A DNA stretch of 27,866 bases from a virus (taxonomy: Duplodnaviria > Caudoviricetes). The stretch is from positions 1-27,866 of the IMG/VR virus record IMGVR_UViG_3300008262_000828. One strand, written 5' to 3'. A program made the position numbers and the translations under genes. The notes under the pieces are model-generated. The model had not been told where the DNA came from. It made no database searches and saw only the letters and a program-made list of their open reading frames with translations. Positions 14,265 to 23,452 of this stretch are shown here, one piece after another. Numbering within the stretch: position 1 is the first letter of the stretch; each line of letters starts with the position of its first letter.

Positions 14265-14649
14265 TCCGATTGTACAACAGTTTAAAAGTCCTTCCTTCAA
14301 TGGATATGGATGGTCACAACATGTGCAAGCAATCGATGCGCAAGAGCGTTCTCGTGAGCAAGCAATCAAAGATGCCGAAGCCGCAAAGCTAGCTCTTGCG
14401 AGATCCGAAGCAGCTAACACTCCGCTTGCCAAGTTTATGGCACTGTTTACATCTCAGGTATATGCTCAGCTGGCGACGCAGCTTTCAAACAATCTTTTTG
14501 CTGAAGGTTCTGCTCAACAGGGCATATTCACCCTCGATGGTAATACGATTAGCTATGTAAAAACTGGTACATCAGTGACGTTGACGGTTGTCGACAAAGC
14601 TGGTAATACGACAGTCGTGACTGTTCCTATCGCAACCTTTGGGTTCTAA
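14203..14649 (+). CDS. csgF: Curli assembly protein CsgF-like
   Basis: GTG start, signal peptide ending AKA, mature N-terminus DPIVQQFKSPSFNG (compare CsgF F.NP.FGG); directly upstream of csgG. Confidence 0.85.
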   Translation: MSKKLAILTLLICFSAPAKADPIVQQFKSPSFNGYGWSQHVQAIDAQERSREQAIKDAEAAKLALARSEAANTPLAKFMALFTSQVYAQLATQLSNNLFAEGSAQQGIFTLDGNTISYVKTGTSVTLTVVDKAGNTTVVTVPIATFGF

Positions 14650-14658
14650 GGAAAAGCC

Positions 14659-15483
14659 ATGAAAAAACTACTCTTGCTTCCAATACTTCTTGCAACATCT
14701 GGTTGCATAGGCGGAATGCATCCTCATCTGAATCAGTCATATCTTCTACGAGAAGATGCTGAGGTAGAAAGATTTGCAAATCCTAAGTTGTTTAAAAATC
14801 TACCAGAGCTCGATGGACAAGTGATTCCTATCGCTATCTACTCGTTCACTGATAGAACAGGACAACGTAAACCTTCTGCTACTCAAGCCAGCTTCTCGAC
14901 GGCGGTAACTCAAGGCGCCGATGCTTATGTTATCAAAACATTGGCAGATACTGGCGATGGCAAGTGGTTTCGTCCAGTCGAACGCGTAGGTATCGATTCT
15001 CTTATTAAAGAACGTCAGCTTGTCAGACAGATGAGAGAACAGCAACTCGGAGAAGGTGCAGAACCGCTTCCTCCTCTCATGGTTGCAGGTATCATTCTTG
15101 AAGGCGGTATTATTGACTATAGTTCAAATACCAAGACTGGTGGTAACGGTGCACGATTCCTTGGAATTGGTCCTTATCAGCAGTACGCAGAAGATCAAGT
15201 TACTATTAGTATGCGACTCGTCTCAGTACAGACAGGTGAAGTCCTCACCTCTGTCACTGTTGAGAAGAATCTGCTCTCTACATCCGAGGGAGTGACAGCA
15301 TTTAAATTCTTTGACATGGCAACAAAAGCTTTTGAATTTGATGGACAACAAACATCGAATGAAGCTGGTAGTTATGCGATCCGTTCAGCCATAGAAACGG
15401 CCGTTGTGGAATTGATCAAGGATGGTGAACGTAAAGGTCTATGGAGATTTAAGCAAAAGGAAACAACAAATGAAGTTAAGTAA
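14659..15483 (+). CDS. csgG: Curli secretion channel lipoprotein CsgG
   Basis: Lipobox LATSGC; AIYSFTDRTGQRKP, FSTAVTQG, WF..VER, KERQ..R, ILEGGII.Y, G.GARFLGIG, D.VTI..RLVS..TGE. Confidence 0.95.
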   Translation: MKKLLLLPILLATSGCIGGMHPHLNQSYLLREDAEVERFANPKLFKNLPELDGQVIPIAIYSFTDRTGQRKPSATQASFSTAVTQGADAYVIKTLADTGDGKWFRPVERVGIDSLIKERQLVRQMREQQLGEGAEPLPPLMVAGIILEGGIIDYSSNTKTGGNGARFLGIGPYQQYAEDQVTISMRLVSVQTGEVLTSVTVEKNLLSTSEGVTAFKFFDMATKAFEFDGQQTSNEAGSYAIRSAIETAVVELIKDGERKGLWRFKQKETTNEVK

Positions 15484-16243
15484 AGCTTTATTCGTTGGCG
15501 CTGCTCTTCTTTATGGAACATCTGCGGTTGCACAAACAGTGCTACCAACAGCCCCAACACCACCAACAATCGTAACTACCTCTCCGAATGAAGTGACTGC
15601 AGCCGCAGTTGCAACCACCAACAAGGTGTATATTGATCAAGAAGGCGGAAACGTTGATGTTAACATTGTTCAGACAGGCACTGCCAACATTATTGGCGAT
15701 TCTGGTGATCCTATCTACCTACGCGGCGATAATCAAAGTGTCATCGCTGTACAAACAGGTAACGGAAACCAACTCTACATGGGAATCGTATCCGCAACTG
15801 GAGGCACAGGAGTTGCCACAGCTACAATACGCCAAATCGGCGACCTAAATACTGCAGACATTCGTTGCGGTACTTTAGTATCTGACGCGATCTGTAATCA
15901 GTTCGATATGAACGCTCGCTTTACTGGCGATTCAAACTCTCTTGTGTTCCATGGTTCGGGTGCAAATATCCGTAACTCGATGGATATCACTGGTGATAAC
16001 AACACGTTCAATATCGACGCGCTGTCACCAAATGCTACGCAGACTGTTCTTGTCACAGGTGACTACAATGACTTCGACGTGACACAAACAGGTCTCGGCG
16101 GAACATTTGGACATTCGCTCTATGTGAATCTTACAGGTACACTGAACACCATTACAACCCAGCAATACGGAGCTTCGGAAACCGTAATCAATCTTAAGTC
16201 GACGGGTTCAAATGGTACGTTTAATATCAAGACTGGCCATTAA
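15470..16243 (+). CDS. Curlin-repeat secreted protein (CsgA/CsgB-like)
   Basis: Signal peptide ending AVA, Pro/Thr linker, then repeated N.v.i.Q.G..N units (YIDQEG, IVQTGTAN, VQTGNGN, IRQIGDLN, VTQTG, TQQYG). Confidence 0.8.
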   Translation: MKLSKALFVGAALLYGTSAVAQTVLPTAPTPPTIVTTSPNEVTAAAVATTNKVYIDQEGGNVDVNIVQTGTANIIGDSGDPIYLRGDNQSVIAVQTGNGNQLYMGIVSATGGTGVATATIRQIGDLNTADIRCGTLVSDAICNQFDMNARFTGDSNSLVFHGSGANIRNSMDITGDNNTFNIDALSPNATQTVLVTGDYNDFDVTQTGLGGTFGHSLYVNLTGTLNTITTQQYGASETVINLKSTGSNGTFNIKTGH

Positions 16244-17348
16244 TCTCTTACTTCTGATATCGGTTCCCGCCTTTGCAGGCGTGGGATCGATATCAGAGTT
16301 TCAGGGCGGAGGTTCCGTGAAGCGTGGTGCAAAGGTCGCACCTGCTGCTAAAGGCTCGAGTATCGAAAAGAACGATACCGTCTCTACCAATTCTCAGGGT
16401 AGATTTAAGATTCGATTCGTCGATGCCACCACAGTTAACATCACACAAAATTCAAGGTTAGTCATCGATGATTTCGTCTATGATGGAAACAATAAGAGCA
16501 AAGGCAAGCTTGGTCTTAAGCTGGCTTTGGGAACTGCGAGATATACTTCTGGTGGCATTGCTCATGGCAACGCTCGCGGTGTTGGTATACGGACACCCAC
16601 CGCAACGATTGCCGTAAGAGGCACAGACTTTGTCATGTCAGTCGATGAGGCCGGCAGATCGACTGTTGTCCTCGTTCCAGAATGTTATAACGATAAAGAT
16701 ATTACAAAGATCAACTTCGAATGCCCGTCTGGAGCTATCGATGTTATCACTGCTGCAGGTATCGTGACTCTGACTCAGCCATTCCAAGCAACGATGGTCG
16801 AGAATTCTTACGCTCCTCCTGCTCCTCCGGTCGTAATTAACCCTGCAATGAAGGGTATGGACAACAATATTCAGATCTCTCCTCTCGAAACAGACGATGG
16901 ACAATCACTCATCAACGCTGCTCGCGAATCACTCAAGAAATTTGTCAATCCTGCAAAAGCCGCATCTGATGACAACCAAGATCCAAATACCGGTGGAGAC
17001 GGCGTAGAAGAAGTCGCAGTTGCTACTCTTCGTTTGCCTACTCAAGATGAACTTCAAAATATCTATGCAGAGTATAATTCTGGTGCAAGACCGACAGAAA
17101 CTATCTACACAAACGTATCTCCTACTTTCAAGAAACAACTGCAAGTCGGATGGGTATACTCGAGAATCTCAGAGGATAAGAATCAATCTGTGATCGTATG
17201 GTTACCAAAAGACACAGAAATTCAACTCGTTTCTGTACAGAATGGAATCGTCGACGCCTACAATTTTATGGATGATAAATGGACTACGACAGGTACAGGT
17301 AGACCACAAGGAAATATCACCGTAATACAAGAGTCAGGTGCAAGATGA
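16212..17348 (+). CDS. Periplasmic FecR-domain protein
   Basis: Signal peptide ending AFA; D.V.T...G...I.F.D.T...I..NS.L.ID.FVYD...LG..R..SG...TPTATIAVRGTDF. Confidence 0.9.
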   Translation: MVRLISRLAINLLLLISVPAFAGVGSISEFQGGGSVKRGAKVAPAAKGSSIEKNDTVSTNSQGRFKIRFVDATTVNITQNSRLVIDDFVYDGNNKSKGKLGLKLALGTARYTSGGIAHGNARGVGIRTPTATIAVRGTDFVMSVDEAGRSTVVLVPECYNDKDITKINFECPSGAIDVITAAGIVTLTQPFQATMVENSYAPPAPPVVINPAMKGMDNNIQISPLETDDGQSLINAARESLKKFVNPAKAASDDNQDPNTGGDGVEEVAVATLRLPTQDELQNIYAEYNSGARPTETIYTNVSPTFKKQLQVGWVYSRISEDKNQSVIVWLPKDTEIQLVSVQNGIVDAYNFMDDKWTTTGTGRPQGNITVIQESGAR

Positions 17349-18805
17349 TCAGATGGATCTTAACACTACTACTGTTAACGTTTAGCGTACAGTTAAATGC
17401 GCAGACGCCTTCGAACTATGGTTTCGAAGATGGAACTTATGCAGGTTGGACAGTTTCTAACGGATCCACCACACTTCGAACGAGTTGGTCAGATTCTGGT
17501 CAGGGAGTTCAAGTGACAACTGGCATGCAAAACTATTGCCCAGGTGGAGGTAAGTGCTGGACAATTACACCTTATGGTTCTTATATGATATCGGTCCAAG
17601 CAGGAGGAAGTTCTCCTCAATTCAATACAGCCATGACTACGCTTGGTCTAAGCTCAACCGATATTACAACCATTCGAAATACGATCTATTCGAATGGGTC
17701 AATGTATCCTACGAATGCTTCGTCTGTGAGTAGAACCGTATTCCTACAAGCCGGAATTACATACACGTTTGGCTGGCAATATCTGTCGACCGACTATGTT
17801 CCTTACAACGACGGCTCGATGATTACGTTGACGAATGGACCAGGAATTCCAACTTTAAACGGTCAGACACAGAATTATGCTCTGCTCGGATTTACCAATC
17901 AAGGAACTGGTAACTATTCAGTAGGATCTTATGGTGCCACTGGTTGGCAACTCGCCGTGTTTACTGTACCGACTGATGGCAACTATACGCTCGGCTTCTC
18001 GTCATTCAATCTTGGTGACACAGCTCTTTCTCCTATCTTGTTCATCGACCAGTTGCAAGGAACAACAACTCTGAATGGAACCACGTTTAATCCTATAGCT
18101 CCAAACGAAGGATCGTCTGCACCGACCACACCTCCACCTCCACCTCCAGCGCCTGCATATCCTGCTGTATCGATTACGACTAATCAGACTATTAAGCTTG
18201 GCCAGACGAATGCTATTACAAGTAACTCGATTTACATTCAAAATATCGGCGATAATAATACCGTCAACGTCGAACAGTTCTCAAGGTTTAATGCCATCAG
18301 AGGTGTTAACGGTTCTCAAGACATGTTAATTAATGGTAGCAACAACAATATTACTATTAATCAAGGCACTGCTACTACCGTTCTCGGAAACAATCTTGCC
18401 GAAGTGTCTGTCACTGGTAATAATAACACCGTATCTCTTACACAACAAAATAATGGTAAGTATACAGAGCTGGTAATGAATGGAACGGGAAATCAACTGA
18501 CTGCTCAGCAGAAAGATGCCGGTGGAAAGTATGCGTTCTTCAATATCTTAGGTAACTCGAATGTAATTACTACTTTGCAACAAGGCACAGGTAATCACTT
18601 CTTAGATATCAGCGCACCTTATGGCGGATTGAATGCAACCATCACTCAATCTGGTGCTTCACAAAAGCTGTTTCAACTGATAATAAATAATCCAGGAATT
18701 GGAGTCACTGTATCGCAAACTGCTGCGAGTGCTACTGACTCCGCTTCAATGACAATAACATGCGCGACAGGACCTTGCAGTGGGTACAGCTACACAAAAA
18801 ATTAA
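17345..18805 (+). CDS. Secreted protein: N-terminal beta-sandwich-like domain, Pro-rich linker, C-terminal curlin repeats
   Basis: Signal peptide; N.GFEDG...GW start typical of CBM-like jelly-rolls; PPPPPPAP linker; repeats IYIQNIGDNN, INQG, VTGNNN, LTQQ, LQQGTGN. Confidence 0.78.
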   Translation: MIRWILTLLLLTFSVQLNAQTPSNYGFEDGTYAGWTVSNGSTTLRTSWSDSGQGVQVTTGMQNYCPGGGKCWTITPYGSYMISVQAGGSSPQFNTAMTTLGLSSTDITTIRNTIYSNGSMYPTNASSVSRTVFLQAGITYTFGWQYLSTDYVPYNDGSMITLTNGPGIPTLNGQTQNYALLGFTNQGTGNYSVGSYGATGWQLAVFTVPTDGNYTLGFSSFNLGDTALSPILFIDQLQGTTTLNGTTFNPIAPNEGSSAPTTPPPPPPAPAYPAVSITTNQTIKLGQTNAITSNSIYIQNIGDNNTVNVEQFSRFNAIRGVNGSQDMLINGSNNNITINQGTATTVLGNNLAEVSVTGNNNTVSLTQQNNGKYTELVMNGTGNQLTAQQKDAGGKYAFFNILGNSNVITTLQQGTGNHFLDISAPYGGLNATITQSGASQKLFQLIINNPGIGVTVSQTAASATDSASMTITCATGPCSGYSYTKN

Positions 18806-20843
18806 ATCGATTCTTCTGAGCCCATGGCTGGCGATCTTTACGTTCGCTCTTCTTATGACAGTAAAGATCTCGGATCCATATCTCGTCGAAGCCACTCGCC
18901 TCAAGTTTTACGACTACCTTATGATTTCTGAACCAAAGAAGTCAGAACAGATCGTTTTGATAAATATTGGCGAGAAAGCGATTGAGAAATATGGCCAATA
19001 TCCGTTCCCGCGTAAAGTCTACGCTGACATTCATTCTGAGGTCTATGGCCGAGGGGCTGCTCTTGTTGGTAGCACTATACTTTACCCTGAGCGTGATCGG
19101 TTGGGGACTGATCGAGATCTTGCGGATTCGCTAAAGCAATATCCTGTCGTTCTTAGCCAGACGGTAAGCGACTCTTGTTCACGGGCAAGCGCGACAATTC
19201 GGAAGACAGGCGTTGCCGTAATCGGCGATGGAGAAGCAACTGAATTTCTTCCTCAATACCCATGCGTTCTAAGTAATGTCTCAGTTCTTCAAGAAGCCGC
19301 AGCCGGTGTTGGGATAACGTCAACCCTACCCGAGACTGATGGGGTTGTAAGGCGAGTTCCTCTTCTATCTGAGTCATCAGGCGAATACTATCCCGCATTT
19401 GCTCTAGAGATGCTGCGTGTAGCTGCAGGAGACTCTTCGTATCAAGCCAAGATAAATCAGACTGGGGTTGAAGCATTACGAATTCCTTCTTTTGAAACAA
19501 TTAAAACAGACGAGTATGGAAGAACCTTCATCAATCCGAACTACCAATTTCAATCATACGAAATTGGTGCGGGTCCTTTGCCCGATCTGGCAGGTAAAAT
19601 CGCGATTGTTGGAGTGACTGCAGCTGGGCTAAGTAACCCTGTAGCGACTCCTTCAGGTGCCCAACATCCCCATCAACTCCAAGCGAGTATTCTTGAGACT
19701 CTGATAAATGGGGACTCTGTGTCGATTCCGAATTGGATTCCGCTTGTAGATCTTGGCGGGTTTCTTCTTCTTTTCCTGGCATTGGTAGTTATCTCTCGAT
19801 TTAAGTTCTCGTATGTATATATCGCAGCATTGATTGCTGCCTATGTGTATTTACCGGTGTACTTATTCGGCACTTATGGTATAATGATGGATATCAGCTT
19901 CAACGTATTAGGCGCGCTGCTGATCTACATTCATATCTATACAGTGAAATTTATCTCAGAGTATTTACAGAAGCAACAGATTAAGAAACAGTTCGGCACA
20001 TATCTGAGCCCAGATCTGGTAGCAAGACTACAAAGACAACCAGAACTCTTGAAGCTTGGCGGAGAATCACGTGATCTTTCGATCATGTTTACAGACGTTC
20101 GCGGATTTACTACAATCTCTGAACACTACGGAGATGATGTCCAAGGCTTGACTTCTATTATGAATCGTTACATGACAGTCATGACACGGGCGATTCTCGA
20201 AAACAACGGCACACTTGATAAGTATATTGGTGATGCGCAAATGGCATTCTGGAATGCTCCGCTCGATAACAATAAGCATGCATTAGATGCTGTTCGAACT
20301 GCCTTTCAAATGTTAAAAGATTTGGAGATTTTCAATGAAGAGATTAAAGGAGAAGGCATTCCAGCTTTCGGTATGGGTCTTGGTATTAACACTGCCACTG
20401 TGGTTGTGGGTAATATGGGCTCTGATCAGCGTTTCGATTATACTTGTCTGGGCGACGGCGTTAATTTGGCTGCTCGTCTGGAAGGTCAAACCAAGCCTTA
20501 TGGAGTTAAACTCATCGTCGGGCCACAAACGGCCGAATTGGTGGGGTCTGTATACCAAATAGTCGAACTCGATCTGATTGCTGTCAAAGGTAAGACAGAA
20601 CCAGCAAGAATCTACACCGTTCTCGATGTTTCTGACGGCGCTGGAGAATTACTACATAAGAAGTTCCTCGATCTCTATCGTCAAGGCAAATGGGATGAAG
20701 CTCTGAATCTTATAAAAGATCTCAAGCGATGCTGGAACGAAGAGCTCAATGCATACTATGCTATGATGGAACAAAGAATATATGATTTGAAGACTGATGA
20801 ACCACTCAAGTGGGACGGAGTTTATAGAGCTACCAGTAAGTGA
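18780..20843 (+). CDS. CHASE2-domain class III adenylate cyclase
   Basis: N-terminal TM; CHASE2 (IVLINI.E..I...G.YP.PR, DGVVRRVPL, GKI.IVG.TAAGL...TP); 3 TMs; MFTDVRGFT, DKYIGDA.M.FW.AP, RFDYT.LGD.VNLAARLE. Confidence 0.95.
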   Translation: MGTATQKIKSILLSPWLAIFTFALLMTVKISDPYLVEATRLKFYDYLMISEPKKSEQIVLINIGEKAIEKYGQYPFPRKVYADIHSEVYGRGAALVGSTILYPERDRLGTDRDLADSLKQYPVVLSQTVSDSCSRASATIRKTGVAVIGDGEATEFLPQYPCVLSNVSVLQEAAAGVGITSTLPETDGVVRRVPLLSESSGEYYPAFALEMLRVAAGDSSYQAKINQTGVEALRIPSFETIKTDEYGRTFINPNYQFQSYEIGAGPLPDLAGKIAIVGVTAAGLSNPVATPSGAQHPHQLQASILETLINGDSVSIPNWIPLVDLGGFLLLFLALVVISRFKFSYVYIAALIAAYVYLPVYLFGTYGIMMDISFNVLGALLIYIHIYTVKFISEYLQKQQIKKQFGTYLSPDLVARLQRQPELLKLGGESRDLSIMFTDVRGFTTISEHYGDDVQGLTSIMNRYMTVMTRAILENNGTLDKYIGDAQMAFWNAPLDNNKHALDAVRTAFQMLKDLEIFNEEIKGEGIPAFGMGLGINTATVVVGNMGSDQRFDYTCLGDGVNLAARLEGQTKPYGVKLIVGPQTAELVGSVYQIVELDLIAVKGKTEPARIYTVLDVSDGAGELLHKKFLDLYRQGKWDEALNLIKDLKRCWNEELNAYYAMMEQRIYDLKTDEPLKWDGVYRATSK

Positions 20844-20849
20844 GGTAAT

Positions 20850-21464
20850 ATGATTGACGACAGTATGTTTGCATCTTACAGAGATGAGTTTGAAAAGAAT
20901 GGATTCGTAAAGATCAAAGGAGTTTTGTCTCCTGATATGATCGAGATGTATAAGGCTTTTATCGACATCACACACACAAAAGGAATGAGAAAGCCAGAAT
21001 TTGGACCATATATTGATGGGCATATCGAAGAAGTCGATCGTAACTTCTTCGATGATAGTATTCTTCTCTATTGCAAGCATATCATAGAAAAGATTTGGGG
21101 TATTGAGGACATGGTGCCATCATACTCTTATTCACGAGAATATTATCGCGGATCTGAACTCAAGATCCATCGCGATCGAGAAGCTTGTCAATACTCGATG
21201 ACTTTGACTATGTCTAAACGAGGTGAAGGCAATACGTTCTTATGGTTCAGTGAGAACGAAGACAAAAGCGATGCCATTCCTATCGACCTCGATGAAGGAG
21301 ATGCCATTATCTTTAATGGCGGTCATGAGTATGGAGGAAAGTGGCATTGGCGAGATCCACTCGAGATTGACTCATTGGTTCAGCTGTTCATTCACTATGT
21401 CCATCCTGATACGCCAGAACTTGCAGACAGAGATTTTCCGAGACCAAATTATCGTTCACGTTGA
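20850..21464 (+). CDS. 2OG-Fe(II) oxygenase
   Basis: YSYSR.Y..G..L..HRDR..C..S.T...GDA..F.G...HWR.P...QLF.HYV. Confidence 0.85.
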   Translation: MIDDSMFASYRDEFEKNGFVKIKGVLSPDMIEMYKAFIDITHTKGMRKPEFGPYIDGHIEEVDRNFFDDSILLYCKHIIEKIWGIEDMVPSYSYSREYYRGSELKIHRDREACQYSMTLTMSKRGEGNTFLWFSENEDKSDAIPIDLDEGDAIIFNGGHEYGGKWHWRDPLEIDSLVQLFIHYVHPDTPELADRDFPRPNYRSR

Positions 21465-21473
21465 TTTTTAGCA

Positions 21474-21513
21474 TGTACATTTTATCAAAAGTTTGGTAAG
21501 GTGGACCTATAAT
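21474..21513 (+). promoter_or_regulatory. Early promoter, second subtype
   Basis: TGTACA-17-TAAGGTGGACCTATAAT; the 17-mer is identical to 11927-11943. Confidence 0.7.
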
Positions 21514-21529
21514 GATGAAGGACGAAAAC

Positions 21530-21988
21530 ATGAACATCACGATCACAGGTATGATTGGCAAGCGTAAAGAAAAGGCCCTCCTCAAGGAAGCCGCAGAGTT
21601 CTTCGCCAACCAACTGATGGATCCTCGGATGGCCCGCAACATCACCCTCGACATCGAAGTTTACAACAACCTTGACGTCGAAGGCGAATGCGTAGATGAA
21701 GATGGTTTTAAGAATCCTCGGTGGTTCACCATCGGCCTCAAGAGCCAAGACATTGGTGCCATGATCAAGACTCTTGGCCACGAAATGGTCCATGTCAAAC
21801 AACACGCCAAAAACGAACTTCAGACCGGTCATGCGGTTGCTGCTCGTGGCGGTCTCAAAATCTACAGCAAGTGGATGGGTGAAATCTGGAAACCAAAGAG
21901 CAAAGAAGATGCATACTTCGATGCTCCTTGGGAGATAGAAGCATATGGCCGTGAAGTTGGCCTGTATGCAAAGTGGATGAATCGTTAA
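21530..21988 (+). CDS. Zincin-like metallopeptidase
   Basis: TLGHEMVHVKQ (HExxH) and PWEIEAY; alternative start at 21512. Confidence 0.85.
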   Translation: MNITITGMIGKRKEKALLKEAAEFFANQLMDPRMARNITLDIEVYNNLDVEGECVDEDGFKNPRWFTIGLKSQDIGAMIKTLGHEMVHVKQHAKNELQTGHAVAARGGLKIYSKWMGEIWKPKSKEDAYFDAPWEIEAYGREVGLYAKWMNR

Positions 21989-22004
21989 TTAAAAGGAATT
22001 TGTT

Positions 22005-22241
22005 ATGAAAATTGTTAAAGAGATTTTTGAAGCCGTATTCAGCTTCGCCGGTTTTATGACTGTTGCAATTGTTTTGTTGATGCTTATTTTGACAGCAGCT
22101 ATCAAAAACGAAAATGCTGAGAAAGCTCTGGCTGAAGCAACCACGAAGGCTTGCTATGATGGCGGTCTGATTAAGGTCGATACCGATGCAGGTTTATACT
22201 GCGTTGCTCCTGCTAACCTCGTAAAAGTAAAGGTAAACTAA
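22005..22241 (+). CDS. Small membrane-anchored protein
   Basis: AAGGA RBS, N-terminal TM, two Cys in the distal domain. Confidence 0.75.
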   Translation: MKIVKEIFEAVFSFAGFMTVAIVLLMLILTAAIKNENAEKALAEATTKACYDGGLIKVDTDAGLYCVAPANLVKVKVN

Positions 22242-22242
22242 T

Positions 22243-22455
22243 ATGAGTTTTTGGTTGATCGTATATCTGTTCACCGCCGATGGTGAGTACTTTGCAAAAG
22301 ATGTCTATGAGACTAGCAGTGCGGAGCAGTGTGTAGAGTTTGCTGGACAGGTGACAAAGACTATCGTCAATACCAGTCTGCAGGCACAGTTTCATTGTGT
22401 AAGTGACGACCATTATATGGGTCGTAAGCAGGATGACGGCATCGAGTATGACTAA
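22243..22455 (+). CDS. Hypothetical protein
   Basis: Tightly packed ORF with a hydrophobic N-terminus and a Cys pair. Confidence 0.7.
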   Translation: MSFWLIVYLFTADGEYFAKDVYETSSAEQCVEFAGQVTKTIVNTSLQAQFHCVSDDHYMGRKQDDGIEYD

Positions 22456-22567
22456 TCATCCTCGTCAACGCGAGATGTGGGACGGCCTGACTCGATCAGG
22501 CTGTCTCTATATGGTGCTTTTGCTTGTTATAGGAATGGTGATAGGAGTTTTGGTAAATGGAATCTGA
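22448..22567 (+). CDS. Very small membrane protein (39 aa; not in ORF track)
   Basis: Overlaps both neighbours; single C-terminal hydrophobic helix. Confidence 0.55.
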   Translation: MTNHPRQREMWDGLTRSGCLYMVLLLVIGMVIGVLVNGI

Positions 22568-22979
22568 AGAACGCGTAGGTATCGTAGCAAGTTGTTTTGA
22601 TCTGTTTCATGCAGGTCATGTCCTTATGCTAATGGAAGCAAAGAAGGAATGCGATCGATTGATTGTGGCTCTTCAGTCAGATCCTACAATCGATCGCCCC
22701 GAGAAAAATAAACCGATTCAAGGTATGTACGAGCGATACTTGCAGGTAGATTCGTGTGAATATGTCGATCACGTAATTCCATATGACACAGAAGCGGATC
22801 TTTATAATCTACTTGCAAGTTTCGACTGGAGTGTTCGATTCCTCGGGTCAGATTACATTGATCGAACCGATTTCACAGGAGCTGACTTAGGCATTCCAAT
22901 CCACTATTGCTGTCGCAAGCACGATTATAGTTCATCGAGCCTGCGCGAACGTATCGTTAAATCGGAGAAAAAGAAGTGA
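22557..22979 (+). CDS. Cytidylyltransferase (TagD/glycerol-3-phosphate CT-like)
   Basis: FDLFHAGH, LIVALQ.DP, KP.Q...ER, G.DY, SSS.LR. Confidence 0.9.
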   Translation: MESEERVGIVASCFDLFHAGHVLMLMEAKKECDRLIVALQSDPTIDRPEKNKPIQGMYERYLQVDSCEYVDHVIPYDTEADLYNLLASFDWSVRFLGSDYIDRTDFTGADLGIPIHYCCRKHDYSSSSLRERIVKSEKKK

Positions 22980-23419
22980 GTAAGTGGGCTGACCGATTCA
23001 TGAGTCTTGCCGAGCATGTAGCTACATGGTCGAAAGATCCTTCTACTCAGGTAGGCTGTGTGATCGTCGATAAGCAGAATCGTGTGGTATCACTGGGCTT
23101 TAACGGATTTCCTCGTGGTATCAAGGATCTCACTGATCGTTATAACGACAAAGAAACAAAATACCTCTTCGTAGCACACGCGGAGCGTAACGCACTTGAT
23201 AATGCACCGCTCTCTGTCGAAGGTTGCACACTCTTCAGTCCGCTGTTGCCGTGTAATGAGTGTGCCAAGTCGATCATTCAGAAAGGTATCGCGAAGGTGG
23301 TATCATATGAACCTACAGAAGATCGACCGCATTTGCGTTGGGACATCACAAAACAGATGTTTCTTGAGGCTGGTGTCCAGCTTTATCTTATAAATAAAAC
23401 CGTCACGCCTACTGGGTGA
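22976..23419 (+). CDS. cd: dCMP deaminase
   Basis: SKDPSTQVG, G.NGFP.G, HAERNA, PCNECAK.IIQ.GI. Confidence 0.93.
   Translation: MSKWADRFMSLAEHVATWSKDPSTQVGCVIVDKQNRVVSLGFNGFPRGIKDLTDRYNDKETKYLFVAHAERNALDNAPLSVEGCTLFSPLLPCNECAKSIIQKGIAKVVSYEPTEDRPHLRWDITKQMFLEAGVQLYLINKTVTPTG
23389..23396 (+). promoter_or_regulatory. T4 late promoter upstream of hsp20
   Basis: Exact TATAAATA. Confidence 0.7.
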
Positions 23420-23452
23420 CACAACATAACCTCGCTTAATAGGAGAAAATAT
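23402..23452 (+). promoter_or_regulatory. ROSE-like 5' leader (putative RNA thermometer)
   Basis: Hairpin GTCAC/GTGAC, then CTCGCT-TAAT-AGGAG pairing the SD with a bulged G. Confidence 0.6.

Noticed and set aside
14659-15483. Bacterial contamination or a host chromosomal csg operon
   Set aside because: The operon is driven by a T4 late box, is flanked by phage genes and promoter repeats, has similar composition to its flanks, and shows no recognisable csgD or csgE.
18120-18160. CCTCCA short tandem repeat as a phase-variable tract
   Set aside because: It is in frame and simply encodes the polyproline linker.
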